Origin: an uncultured bacterium
Lineage (GTDB): Bacteria; Armatimonadota; JACIXR01
Assembly: GCA_938041455.1 (NCBI GenBank)
Contig: CALITO010000023.1
Location: forward strand, 370 to 64,369
Direction: 5' to 3'
DNA: 64,000 nucleotides
Shown: positions 33,673-41,861 of the stretch, piece after piece
Numbering within the stretch: position 1 is the stretch's first letter
Layout of the letters: each line of letters begins with the position of its first letter
Program-made: the position numbers and the translations under genes
The notes under the pieces: generated by a model
Told to the model about the DNA's origin: nothing
What the model saw: the letters and a program-made list of their open reading frames with translations, nothing else
The model's database searches: none

Positions 33673-34961
33673 TTCTCCAATCTCTCCTTAATTTGCTTCT
33701 CTTGACCTTCCTCCGTGGGCTCATAGAAAATCTTCCCCAAAAGTTCCTTGGGAAGGTAATCTTGAACTACGAAATGCCCTTCATAGGAATGAGGATACTT
33801 ATAATCTTTACCATAGCCCATTTTCTTTGCTCCCCAATAGGAAGGGTTCCTCAGATGGAGGGGAACTGGTGGATTCTTACCCTCTGCTACTTCGTTAATT
33901 GCCTTGCTTATTGCTAAGTAGGCGGAGTTACTCTTGGGAGCAGTGGCAAGGTAGATGGTTGCTTGGGCAAGGGGAATTTGTGCCTCTGGCAATCCCACAT
34001 ATTCCACCGCTTGAGCCGCTGCGGTAGCGACGAGTAGGGCAATGGGGTCGGCGTTACCTATGTCCTCGGCTGCTGCGATAATAAGCCTCCGAGCAATGAA
34101 GCGAGGGTCTTCTCCCGCGTAAAGCATCCTCGCAAGCCAGTAAACTGCTGCATCGGGGTCTGAACCCCTTATGCTCTTTATATAGGCAGAGATAACTTGA
34201 TAATGCTCGTCTCCTTCCCTATCGTAAAGGAGAGCTCTCTTTTGAGAAGCTTCTTCCGCTTCCCTTATCCCTATATATCTGGTTCCTTTATCATCAGGAG
34301 AGGTGAGAAGCGCTGCCAATTCAAGGGAGTTCAATAGAGTCCTTGCATCTCCTTCCGCAAAGCGAATAAGGTGTTCCTCCGCTGCTTTATCTATAACTAT
34401 GTTATAATTTTTTAAACCCCTTTCCTCTTCCAAAGCTCTTTTGAGAATCTCTTTGAGTTCTTCCTCAGAAAGAGGCTGGAAGGAAAGGATCTTCATTCTT
34501 GAGAGAAGGGGCGAGTTGATGGTGAAATAGGGATTTTCCGTTGTTGAGCCAATTAGAATAAGGCTCCCCTCCTCCACATAGGGAAGGAAAGCGTCCTGTT
34601 GAGCTTTGTTGAAGCGGTGAATTTCGTCAACGAAGAGAATGGTCTTTTGCCCCATACCCCTTCTTCTCCTCGCCAACTCCCCAATTCTTCTGATATCTGC
34701 TACAGTGGATGCGGTAGCGCTGAAAGTTTCAAAATGTGCCTTGGTTAACTTGGCAATGATAAAAGCGAGGGATGACTTGCCGCTCCCGGGGGGACCATAA
34801 AAAATCATAGAACCTATCCTATCCTCCTCTATCGCTTTCCTCAGAAGTCTTCCCTCTCCCAATAAGTGTTCTTGCCCCACAAATTCCTCAAGAGAGCGGG
34901 GACGCATCCGAGCCGCCAGAGGCTCCTCTATATGTTGCTTTACTTCCTTAAAAAGGCTCAC
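33627..34961 (-). CDS. rarA: replication-associated recombination protein A
   Basis: PLAARMRP, GPPGSGKS, DEIHRFNKAQQD, KSIRGSDPDAA, YKYPH; GTG 34961 follows SD AAGGTGA. Confidence 0.96.
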   Translation of the reverse strand: MSLFKEVKQHIEEPLAARMRPRSLEEFVGQEHLLGEGRLLRKAIEEDRIGSMIFYGPPGSGKSSLAFIIAKLTKAHFETFSATASTVADIRRIGELARRRRGMGQKTILFVDEIHRFNKAQQDAFLPYVEEGSLILIGSTTENPYFTINSPLLSRMKILSFQPLSEEELKEILKRALEEERGLKNYNIVIDKAAEEHLIRFAEGDARTLLNSLELAALLTSPDDKGTRYIGIREAEEASQKRALLYDREGDEHYQVISAYIKSIRGSDPDAAVYWLARMLYAGEDPRFIARRLIIAAAEDIGNADPIALLVATAAAQAVEYVGLPEAQIPLAQATIYLATAPKSNSAYLAISKAINEVAEGKNPPVPLHLRNPSYWGAKKMGYGKDYKYPHSYEGHFVVQDYLPKELLGKIFYEPTEEGQEKQIKERLEKWRRLIRLAREKSSE

Positions 34962-35101
34962 CTTTTTATCACCTTTCGCTTGCATAGTTTTATCTGTTTT
35001 GCTATATTTTAAATAGTAATTGGTGGGAGAGGTATTGACAAGAGGGATGGGAAGAATGAAACTATTTACACAGTTTCTCTGTCTATATAATAGAAGAAAA
35101 C

Positions 35102-35130
35102 TTGGCATGATTTGGTTGTTTTTATATAAT
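35102..35130 (+). promoter_or_regulatory. sigma70-type promoter of the pil locus
   Basis: TTGGCA-N17-TATAAT then SD AAGGAGGT. Confidence 0.6.
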
Positions 35131-35150
35131 TTAAAAAGGAGGTATTCAAA

Positions 35151-36377
35151 ATGCCCAGAAATGGGGGCCCGGTCAGTGGTATAATGCTTGGTATTGACTT
35201 CGGCTCCAAATTTATAAAGGTAGCGGAAGTAAGCGCCAGAGGTGGAGAGTTGGAGTTACTTTCCGCGGGTATCTTACCTACACCCAGTGGCTTGTTATCA
35301 GGGGATGCCATAGTAGATCCACAAGGGGCGGCCGAGACTATCAAAACTTTACTTCAACAGGTTGGTGTCCATACTAATAAGGTTGTTATAACAGTAAAGG
35401 GGCAAACCTCCGTTGTTATAAGGATAATAGAGGTGCCAAAGATGAGGGAGGACGAGCTCGCCGATGCAATGAGATGGGAAATAGAAAGGCATGTTCCTTT
35501 TGCCAGCACGGGAGCGGTAGCGATGGACTATGCCCCACTTCAACCAATGTCTACAATCCCTGAAGAGGAGACAGGTGAAGTTCTATTAGCTGTGGCGGAG
35601 GAAGGATTGATAAAGGCGGTAGTGGATTCCTTGGAGTTAGCGGGCTTGGAAGCCGTTGTCATTGACATAGAACCCCTTGCTTTGGGACGTTGTTTTGTGG
35701 GTAAGGATCCCGAATTAAAAGGGAGAACTGTCGCTATTCTCCAAATGGGGGCAAGGTCTTCCGAGCTCACGGTAATAGGATATGATAATCCCCGTTTGAC
35801 CCGAACCCTGAATATAGGAGGTAATAACCTAACATCCGCTATCGGGAACGCTCTAAGCGTTTCAGATGAGGAGGCGGAGAAAATCAAGAAACGATATGCT
35901 GCCATACTCGTGGAAAAGCTCGGCGTTCCTACCCCCACCCTTCCCCCCGCCGAGGAAGAGGCTCCCTTCTTTCCCTTCAGCCCTACCTATGAGCTACCTC
36001 CTGAGGAAACGCCCCCTTCCAGGGTAGAAACCCCTCCGGAAAGAGAGCTTCCAGCCGATGAGAAGGAAATAAGGGAAGAAGTCTTTGAGGCTATGTTGCC
36101 GATCTTAGGAGATATAGTCAATGAACTAAGGCGTTCTTTTGAGTATGTTCGGAGCAGAGCAGAGGAGTTGCAGATAGAGAGACTTATAGTGAGTGGAGGA
36201 GGAGCCCTTATAAGGGACATAGATAAGTTCTTCTCTCGGGAGTTAGGTGTCCCCACAGAGGTGGGCGACCCCCTCAAGGGTATGAAGTTGAACCCCCGCC
36301 TTTCCCCCGCTTACTTAAGGGAGATTTCGCCCCTTCTCTCCGTCGCCATTGGCTCAGCCATTCGGGATTTTGTATAA
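35151..36377 (+). CDS. pilM: type IV pilus assembly protein PilM
   Basis: LGIDFGS..IKVAEV, WEIERHVPF, DIEPLAL, NIGG, SGGGA, LSVAIGSAIR; Pro/Glu-rich insertion. Confidence 0.92.
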   Translation: MPRNGGPVSGIMLGIDFGSKFIKVAEVSARGGELELLSAGILPTPSGLLSGDAIVDPQGAAETIKTLLQQVGVHTNKVVITVKGQTSVVIRIIEVPKMREDELADAMRWEIERHVPFASTGAVAMDYAPLQPMSTIPEEETGEVLLAVAEEGLIKAVVDSLELAGLEAVVIDIEPLALGRCFVGKDPELKGRTVAILQMGARSSELTVIGYDNPRLTRTLNIGGNNLTSAIGNALSVSDEEAEKIKKRYAAILVEKLGVPTPTLPPAEEEAPFFPFSPTYELPPEETPPSRVETPPERELPADEKEIREEVFEAMLPILGDIVNELRRSFEYVRSRAEELQIERLIVSGGGALIRDIDKFFSRELGVPTEVGDPLKGMKLNPRLSPAYLREISPLLSVAIGSAIRDFV

Positions 36378-36398
36378 TGGAGAGGAGATGATAAGAGA

Positions 36399-37400
36399 AT
36401 GATAAAAATAAATTTACTGCCGGCGTTTGTCAGGGAAAGAAAGGTTGTTAGGAAGTTATTGATGTTTATTTTGATCCTCTTGGGTTTGGAACTCTTAGGT
36501 TTTGCCTACTGGTATAACAGAGTTTCCACCCAAGGCTACGATATAGGGCAACAACTTGATGTTGCTAAAGCTCAAGCCCAGGAAGTGCAAAGGCTTCAAA
36601 GCGAGGCAGATAGCATCAGAGCAGAAATAGAGCCCATAAAGGCTAAAACGAAATTCATAGAGGATACGAAGAATTTCCCTGTTAAGCTCGCAGACCTCTT
36701 GGATTCCATCCGCCGCTATACCTACGGGAAGGTCATTTATACCTCTCTCCAGTTAGGCGGTGGTGCTGGAGGGATGATGGGACCCATGATGGGGGGGATG
36801 CCTGGACCTATGATGGGGACTGGTATGCCCGGGATGGGAGCAATGGGAGGTGGGGGAACCCAGCAAATAACTACGGTAAGCATCCAAGGGTATACCGACT
36901 CCGTGGAGAACGTCGCCCGTTACCTCCAAAATCTTCTTCGCTGTCCCCAAATAGCGGATGTGCAAATCAGCGGTATACCAGGTTATGGGACCTCCGCTGG
37001 CGCTACCCCCGGGATGGGAGGAATGCCGGGTATGATGGGTAAAGCCCCGATGATGGGAAGCGGAATGCCAGGTATGATGGGAGGAATGCCAGGAATGATG
37101 CCGGGTGCAGGAATGGGAACTACCCAAACCCCGGGACAAGTCAGTATAAGTGTGATTTGCTATTTAATGGAGCCACTTACTCCCCCCTCTCCACCCACAG
37201 CTGCTCCGCCCACAGCTGCAGGTATGCCTGGTATGGGCATGCCTGGTATGGGTATGCCTGGTATGGGCATGCCTGGAGCAGTAGGTCCCCTTCCTCAGGC
37301 TGCCGCCCCCACAACCGGAGCGCCTCCCGAAGGAAGAGGACGCTTACCAGGTCTTGAAGAGAGAAGACGAATGGAACAAGAGGTAATGGAGGGATTATGA
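36399..37400 (+). CDS. pilN: PilN-like protein with Gly/Met/Pro-rich insertions
   Basis: MIKINLLP (PilM-binding INLLP motif), TM helix, coiled coil, SIQGY..S...VARYLQNL core; follows pilM. Confidence 0.85.
   Translation: MIKINLLPAFVRERKVVRKLLMFILILLGLELLGFAYWYNRVSTQGYDIGQQLDVAKAQAQEVQRLQSEADSIRAEIEPIKAKTKFIEDTKNFPVKLADLLDSIRRYTYGKVIYTSLQLGGGAGGMMGPMMGGMPGPMMGTGMPGMGAMGGGGTQQITTVSIQGYTDSVENVARYLQNLLRCPQIADVQISGIPGYGTSAGATPGMGGMPGMMGKAPMMGSGMPGMMGGMPGMMPGAGMGTTQTPGQVSISVICYLMEPLTPPSPPTAAPPTAAGMPGMGMPGMGMPGMGMPGAVGPLPQAAAPTTGAPPEGRGRLPGLEERRRMEQEVMEGL
37221..37277 (+). repeat. 15-bp tandem repeat encoding (GMPGM) about four times
   Basis: ggtatgcctggtatg / ggcatgcctggtatg alternating. Confidence 0.9.
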
Positions 37401-38212
37401 TGATAACGAGACTGGAACGCTTAACTAAGCAACAGGCTTTATTAGTTGGTTTAGTAGCGATTATCATAATTGCGGTAGCCATGTTTTTCCTCCTTGTCCG
37501 ACCCCGGCAGAAAACCCTCTCCGCCCTCCAGAAAGAGCTACAACAGACCCAGCAAATTGTCGACCAAAGGGCACAAGCCGAAGAAAACTTAAAAAGGGCT
37601 AAGGAGGAGAAAGTCAAGGAAGAAGCAAAGCTAGCATATTACGAGAAAACCAAGATGATACCCATAGACTTAAAGGACAGAATGAAGGCTATGTTTGCCC
37701 TGTGGACCGAGCACAATAAAGTGTTGGGTAAGAAAGTAGAGGATTTCTTCAAAAATTCCGGGGTCATTTTGCTAAACCCAGTTCAAGTATCTCCTCCTCC
37801 CACTGACCCCTCCGCTATCCCCTCAGACATCTACACAATAAGCCTTGGCAATTATCAAGTAATGGCTCCTTTCCCCGCTTTGCTCGATTTCCTTAGGAAA
37901 AAGATGCCCAATTTCCCCCGTGTTGCTCTTCTACCTAGCATAAGCATAAATGGTCCTAGCCCTGTGACCGCTTCCTTTAACCTTACTCTCTACTATTTCC
38001 CAAAAGGAGGGGAAGCGGCCGCTCCCCCCGCGGGAGCACCTGCCGCAGCCGGAATGCCGGGGATGGGTGGGATGCCGGGAATGCCTATGGGAAGTATGCC
38101 CGGGATGATGAAGGGACCGATGGGTGGAGGAATGCCTATGGTAGGTAATATGCCTGCAGGAACTCCTACTCCTATGGGAGCCAATATGCCTATGGGTGGT
38201 GGGGCAAGATAA
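37397..38212 (+). CDS. PilO-like protein with Gly/Met/Pro tail
   Basis: TM helix, coiled coil, FPALLDFL...FPRV PilO/GspM-like core; follows pilN. Confidence 0.7.
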   Translation: MMITRLERLTKQQALLVGLVAIIIIAVAMFFLLVRPRQKTLSALQKELQQTQQIVDQRAQAEENLKRAKEEKVKEEAKLAYYEKTKMIPIDLKDRMKAMFALWTEHNKVLGKKVEDFFKNSGVILLNPVQVSPPPTDPSAIPSDIYTISLGNYQVMAPFPALLDFLRKKMPNFPRVALLPSISINGPSPVTASFNLTLYYFPKGGEAAAPPAGAPAAAGMPGMGGMPGMPMGSMPGMMKGPMGGGMPMVGNMPAGTPTPMGANMPMGGGAR

Positions 38213-38229
38213 AAAGGAGGTGATTTAGA

Positions 38230-39027
38230 TTGGCGATGCAAAGGTTAAGGATAGACCTAAGTGAGCGGCGAACTCAACTGGTTATTGGGGGCGCTATAGC
38301 GGTTGTAATAATAGTTATCGTCCTTTTCCTCGTTATAGGGAGAAGAGGACAACCCCCCTCCGCTCCTATGATGGGTAATATGCCAGCGGGCGCTAATATA
38401 CCAGCAGGGATGCCAGGTATGGGTATGATGGGTATGGGAATGATGGGTAATATGCCAGCGGGCGCTAATATGCCAGCAGGGATGCCAGGTATGGGTATGA
38501 TGGGTATGGGTATGATGGGTATGATGGGAGGTGCTACAGCTGGCACCCCGACTGGGGAAACGCAACCTACTATTACTCGAAAGGTCCCAGCCGGTCCCCC
38601 AAAGGAACCATCCCGGGCTGACCCCTTCCTCGTGCCCGTTCCCCAAGAGATGAGAGAAGCCCTTATGAGAGTAGACATTGTACCCCCACCTCGTATGACT
38701 CCTCTCAAAGCGCCTATGCCTACAATGGTTTATACGCAGGTGCCCTTCACAAGGGTAGCGGGAGTAGCCATATCCCGGGGAGCGTATGCTCTCTTAGAAG
38801 GAGCTAATGGTAGAACCTATATTGTGAGCCCAGGCGATGTGTTGGAAGGCTTTACCGTGGAGAGGATAGAGCCAACAGGAGTCGTTCTGAGAAGTGAGGA
38901 GGGCGAGGAGAGCACGGTGGAATTGAAAGGCGCCGAACGAGCTGGAGTGACGCCCGGGATGGGCGGTATGCCTGCACCGAGTATGCCCGGGATGGGCGGT
39001 ATGCCGGTAAGCGGAGCCCCGCGGTAG
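38230..39027 (+). CDS. PilP/GspC-like protein with Gly/Met/Pro repeats
   Basis: TM anchor; RADPF motif; YALLE...YIVSPGDVLEGFTVERIEPTGVVL beta domain typical of PilP/GspC HR. Confidence 0.7.
   Translation: MAMQRLRIDLSERRTQLVIGGAIAVVIIVIVLFLVIGRRGQPPSAPMMGNMPAGANIPAGMPGMGMMGMGMMGNMPAGANMPAGMPGMGMMGMGMMGMMGGATAGTPTGETQPTITRKVPAGPPKEPSRADPFLVPVPQEMREALMRVDIVPPPRMTPLKAPMPTMVYTQVPFTRVAGVAISRGAYALLEGANGRTYIVSPGDVLEGFTVERIEPTGVVLRSEEGEESTVELKGAERAGVTPGMGGMPAPSMPGMGGMPVSGAPR
38368..38511 (+). repeat. 72-bp tandem duplication encoding MMGNMPAGAN(I/M)PAGMPGMGMMGMG twice
   Basis: Units 38368-38439 and 38440-38511 are near-identical. Confidence 0.92.
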
Positions 39028-39072
39028 AAACAAATTCTTTGAAAAAATAGTCTAAATAAATGGAGAAATCGC

Positions 39073-39100
39073 TTGCCCCAAAAATCTAAAAATATAAAAT
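39073..39100 (+). promoter_or_regulatory. possible internal promoter for the secretin-like pair
   Basis: TTGCCC-N16-TAAAAT then SD AAGGAGGTGA. Confidence 0.45.
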
Positions 39101-39122
39101 TTAAAAGGAGGTGATATAAAAG

Positions 39123-39926
39123 ATGCGCCTTGTTAAGTTAGCGATGGTTATGGTTTTGTTCCTGTATGTTCTTCCTTACCTACTTGCTCAACAGGAAATA
39201 TCAGTAACACCGGACAATAGAGTCACTCTACAACTTAGGGATGTTCCCCGCCTTACTGCTTTGGAAACTCTTTTGAGAGCGGCAGGCAGAAACTTCACCT
39301 TTGACCCCTCAGCTCGTCGAGCTAACGACTTCGTATCCATTAGTCTCCAAAATGTAGATTTTGACCAGGCCCTCAAAGCTCTTTTAGGTGATTATCTCAC
39401 CGCGGAACCCATAGAAGGTGGCTATACGATAAAGATGCAGACCGTTACACCAGGCTTTACACAATGGGGAACCCAGCAATTTCCCTGGGGAGGCGTCCCC
39501 ACTACCCCAACAACTACTACCACCACTACCGGTCTTCCCACCAACATCATCTACGACAAAATAAACCTCCAATATGCTTCTATCTATGATATCCTTATGG
39601 TCATAGGCGGCGGCTATGGTGGCTATGGCGGATACGGCGGCTATGGTGGCTATGGCGGATACGGCGGATACGGTGGTTATGGCGGATACGGTGGCTATGG
39701 CGGTTACGGCGGATACGGTGGCTATGGCGGATACGGTGGCTATGGCGGTTACGGCGGTAGAGGCGGCGGCTACACTGGCGGTAGAGGCGGCGGCTACACT
39801 GGCGGTAGAGGCGGCGGCTACACTGGCGGTAGAGGCGGCGGCTACACCGGCGGTAGAGGCGGCGGCTACACCGGCGGTAGAGGCGGCGGCTACACCGGCG
39901 GTAGAGGCGGCTACACCGGATACTGA
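39123..39926 (+). CDS. exported secretin-N0/STN-like protein with (GGY)16-(GGRGGGYT)6 tail and no secretin barrel
   Basis: Signal peptide; VTLQLRDV...VSISLQNVDFDQALKALL (N0/STN-like); Thr-rich linker; KINLQYASIYDIL (start of an N-domain); about 105-aa G/Y/R tail. Confidence 0.8.
   Translation: MRLVKLAMVMVLFLYVLPYLLAQQEISVTPDNRVTLQLRDVPRLTALETLLRAAGRNFTFDPSARRANDFVSISLQNVDFDQALKALLGDYLTAEPIEGGYTIKMQTVTPGFTQWGTQQFPWGGVPTTPTTTTTTTGLPTNIIYDKINLQYASIYDILMVIGGGYGGYGGYGGYGGYGGYGGYGGYGGYGGYGGYGGYGGYGGYGGYGGYGGRGGGYTGGRGGGYTGGRGGGYTGGRGGGYTGGRGGGYTGGRGGGYTGGRGGYTGY
39609..39752 (+). repeat. 16 x GGY coding repeat (9-bp unit, synonymous variation)
   Basis: Counted by codon; Gly codons ggc/ggt/gga and Tyr codons tat/tac are mixed. 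Confidence 0.95.
39753..39923 (+). repeat. 6 x 24-bp repeat encoding GGRGGGYT plus a partial seventh copy
   Basis: ggcggtagaggcggcggctacac(t/c): three act copies then three acc copies. Confidence 0.95.
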
Positions 39927-40012
39927 TTTTTCTCCTTGTCTAAATTTTGAGATACGGTATCATCAAAAAGAGAGCGGTAATTCCTCTTAAGTTGAAGGGA
40001 GGTTGGTTTATT

Positions 40013-41770
40013 ATGTATTCCCTTATGAAGAGGGGCGTCTTTGCAGTAGTTGTAGCGCTCCCGTTGTTTGTTTTTTGGGCATCGGGGTCGTGGGTGAAAG
40101 CAGAGGCAGCATCAGACGATGTAGAACAGAATCTGGTAACCTTGCAGGTGCAGGATGCTGACCTATGCGAGGTAGTTAGCATGCTGATGAAGGAGAGCAG
40201 AGCGAACATCATCATCGCCGATAGAGACAAGATAAAAAAGACCATCACCGCTAATCTCTACGATGTCCCTTTGGAAGAAGCGCTGGAGAAAATCGTGAAA
40301 GCAAATGGGCTCTATTGGTATAAAGAGGGCGATGTCTATGTAATAAGCGCCGAGCCACGAGCAGAGCCAACGGAAAAATTATCCTCTCCCCCTCTTGAGA
40401 AGACTACCCCTACAACTGAGGGTGTTTCTTCCACCTCCTCTGAAACTCTAATCGCATCTCCTCAACCCACCCGCTTAGAGACAGAGAAATTTGTCCTGAA
40501 GTATGCTCATCCTCGAGATATTGCAGCTTTGTTTGGAGCTTCTATCCCCCGCCGCCCCTTCTCCTATTACCAAGGAGCGGAAAGACAAGGTAGGGGACCT
40601 TTAGCACCTTCTTTCGGACGCTCCAGGGAAGAAAGTGCTAATTCCCCCATTCAGGGAGGATTTGGTCAGTTCAGGGGAGGTGTGGGTGGCTTCAGAGGGG
40701 GTGTTGGTGGGATGGGCTTCCCCGGAGGTGTAGGTGGCTTTGCCGGGGGCATGGGTGGTTTTCCTGGAGGTGTGGGTGGCTTTCCCGGAGGGATGGGAGC
40801 GTATCCCGGCGGGGTAGGGGCCTTCCCGGGCGGAGTTACTGGCTATGCGGGGGTGGGAGGTGTTGGAGCAGGTTACTATGGCTATGGCCTAATGGCGTTT
40901 GTTCCCGGCGTCTACAACATAATCCCTTATGAGCCTGATAACGCCCTCATAGTTATAGGAACTCAGGAGGGGATAGAACAGTTTAGAAAACTTCTCCAAC
41001 TGTTGGATGTCCCTGTTCGCCAGGTGGAGATATCCGCGGAGTTCGTGGAGATAAGCACGGATGTAACGAAGAGCTTGGGAATAGATTGGATGCTGACTAA
41101 TAACGAGACTACGATAGTGGGACAAGGGATGTCCCCGGGAACTGGTGCTACTTTAGTTATAGGTTATACCACGCCCCGGATAAGGGTTCAACTGGGCGCT
41201 CTAATGAGAGAGGGTAAAGCGAGATTGGTTAACGCCCCTCGGGTGAGTACCTATAACAATTATCCAGCTTATATCTCCGTCACGCAGGACATCCCCTACT
41301 GGTATCCAGAGACAACCCTCACACAATTTGGGGGAACCCAGACTACCTGGGTGCCTGATATGATAAGTGTTGGAACATATCTCACAGTTACTCCCACAAT
41401 AAACGGGGATGGTTCCATTACCTGTTATATCACCCCCAGTGTATCAGAAGTTGTTGGTTTTGTGACTGGTCCTACCGGGTCGCTGCCCCAGACGAGCACG
41501 AGGGATATGGACACAATAGCGAGGGTTATGAACGGAGAGACACTGGTGATAGGCGGTTTGATACGCAAAAACATCAGCACCCAGAAGGTCAAAGTCCCCT
41601 TCCTCTCCGAATTACCGATCATTGGGGGACTCTTCAAAGGAACAACTCAAACGACTACGGAGAGCGAACTGCTGATATTTCTTACCCCCCGTATAATAGA
41701 GGAGCCCGGTAGGGTCACGGGAACGGTTGTTGTGCCCCCTACAACTGGAGGGGGAACTGGGGGTCCATAA
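40013..41770 (+). CDS. outer-membrane secretin (PilQ/GspD family) with Gly-rich insertion
   Basis: Signal peptide, N0 domain, LDVPVRQVEISAEFVE, LGIDW, PRVSTYNN, GETLVIGGL, KVPFLSELPIIGGLFK, ELLIFLTPRII. Confidence 0.93.
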   Translation: MYSLMKRGVFAVVVALPLFVFWASGSWVKAEAASDDVEQNLVTLQVQDADLCEVVSMLMKESRANIIIADRDKIKKTITANLYDVPLEEALEKIVKANGLYWYKEGDVYVISAEPRAEPTEKLSSPPLEKTTPTTEGVSSTSSETLIASPQPTRLETEKFVLKYAHPRDIAALFGASIPRRPFSYYQGAERQGRGPLAPSFGRSREESANSPIQGGFGQFRGGVGGFRGGVGGMGFPGGVGGFAGGMGGFPGGVGGFPGGMGAYPGGVGAFPGGVTGYAGVGGVGAGYYGYGLMAFVPGVYNIIPYEPDNALIVIGTQEGIEQFRKLLQLLDVPVRQVEISAEFVEISTDVTKSLGIDWMLTNNETTIVGQGMSPGTGATLVIGYTTPRIRVQLGALMREGKARLVNAPRVSTYNNYPAYISVTQDIPYWYPETTLTQFGGTQTTWVPDMISVGTYLTVTPTINGDGSITCYITPSVSEVVGFVTGPTGSLPQTSTRDMDTIARVMNGETLVIGGLIRKNISTQKVKVPFLSELPIIGGLFKGTTQTTTESELLIFLTPRIIEEPGRVTGTVVVPPTTGGGTGGP

Positions 41771-41800
41771 AAAGGAGATAGGCTAATGCGAATTTAAAAA

Positions 41801-41828
41801 GGGGGATGCCCTACAGGCGGCATCCCCC
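41801..41828. terminator. GC-rich hairpin between convergent secretin and ispG
   Basis: GGGGGATGCC-ctacaggc-GGCATCCCCC, preceded by an A-run (U-tract on the minus strand). Confidence 0.8.
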
Positions 41829-41861
41829 CTTACTATAAACTTCGACCTGTTCTGAATCTTT

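Noticed and set aside
39753-39923. 24-bp direct repeats as a CRISPR array
   Set aside because: Head-to-tail with no spacers, in frame within a CDS, and no cas genes in the window.
39616-39990. Alternative-frame ORF (MVAMADTA.../AVEAAATL repeats) and His-rich or Ile/Pro-rich antisense ORFs at 36753-38708
   Set aside because: Shadows of the Gly/Met/Tyr repeats; synonymous variation fits the annotated frames.
39924-40013. Readthrough or frameshift fusing the STN protein to the secretin
   Set aside because: In-frame stop follows shortly, and the secretin has its own SD, signal peptide and N0 domain.
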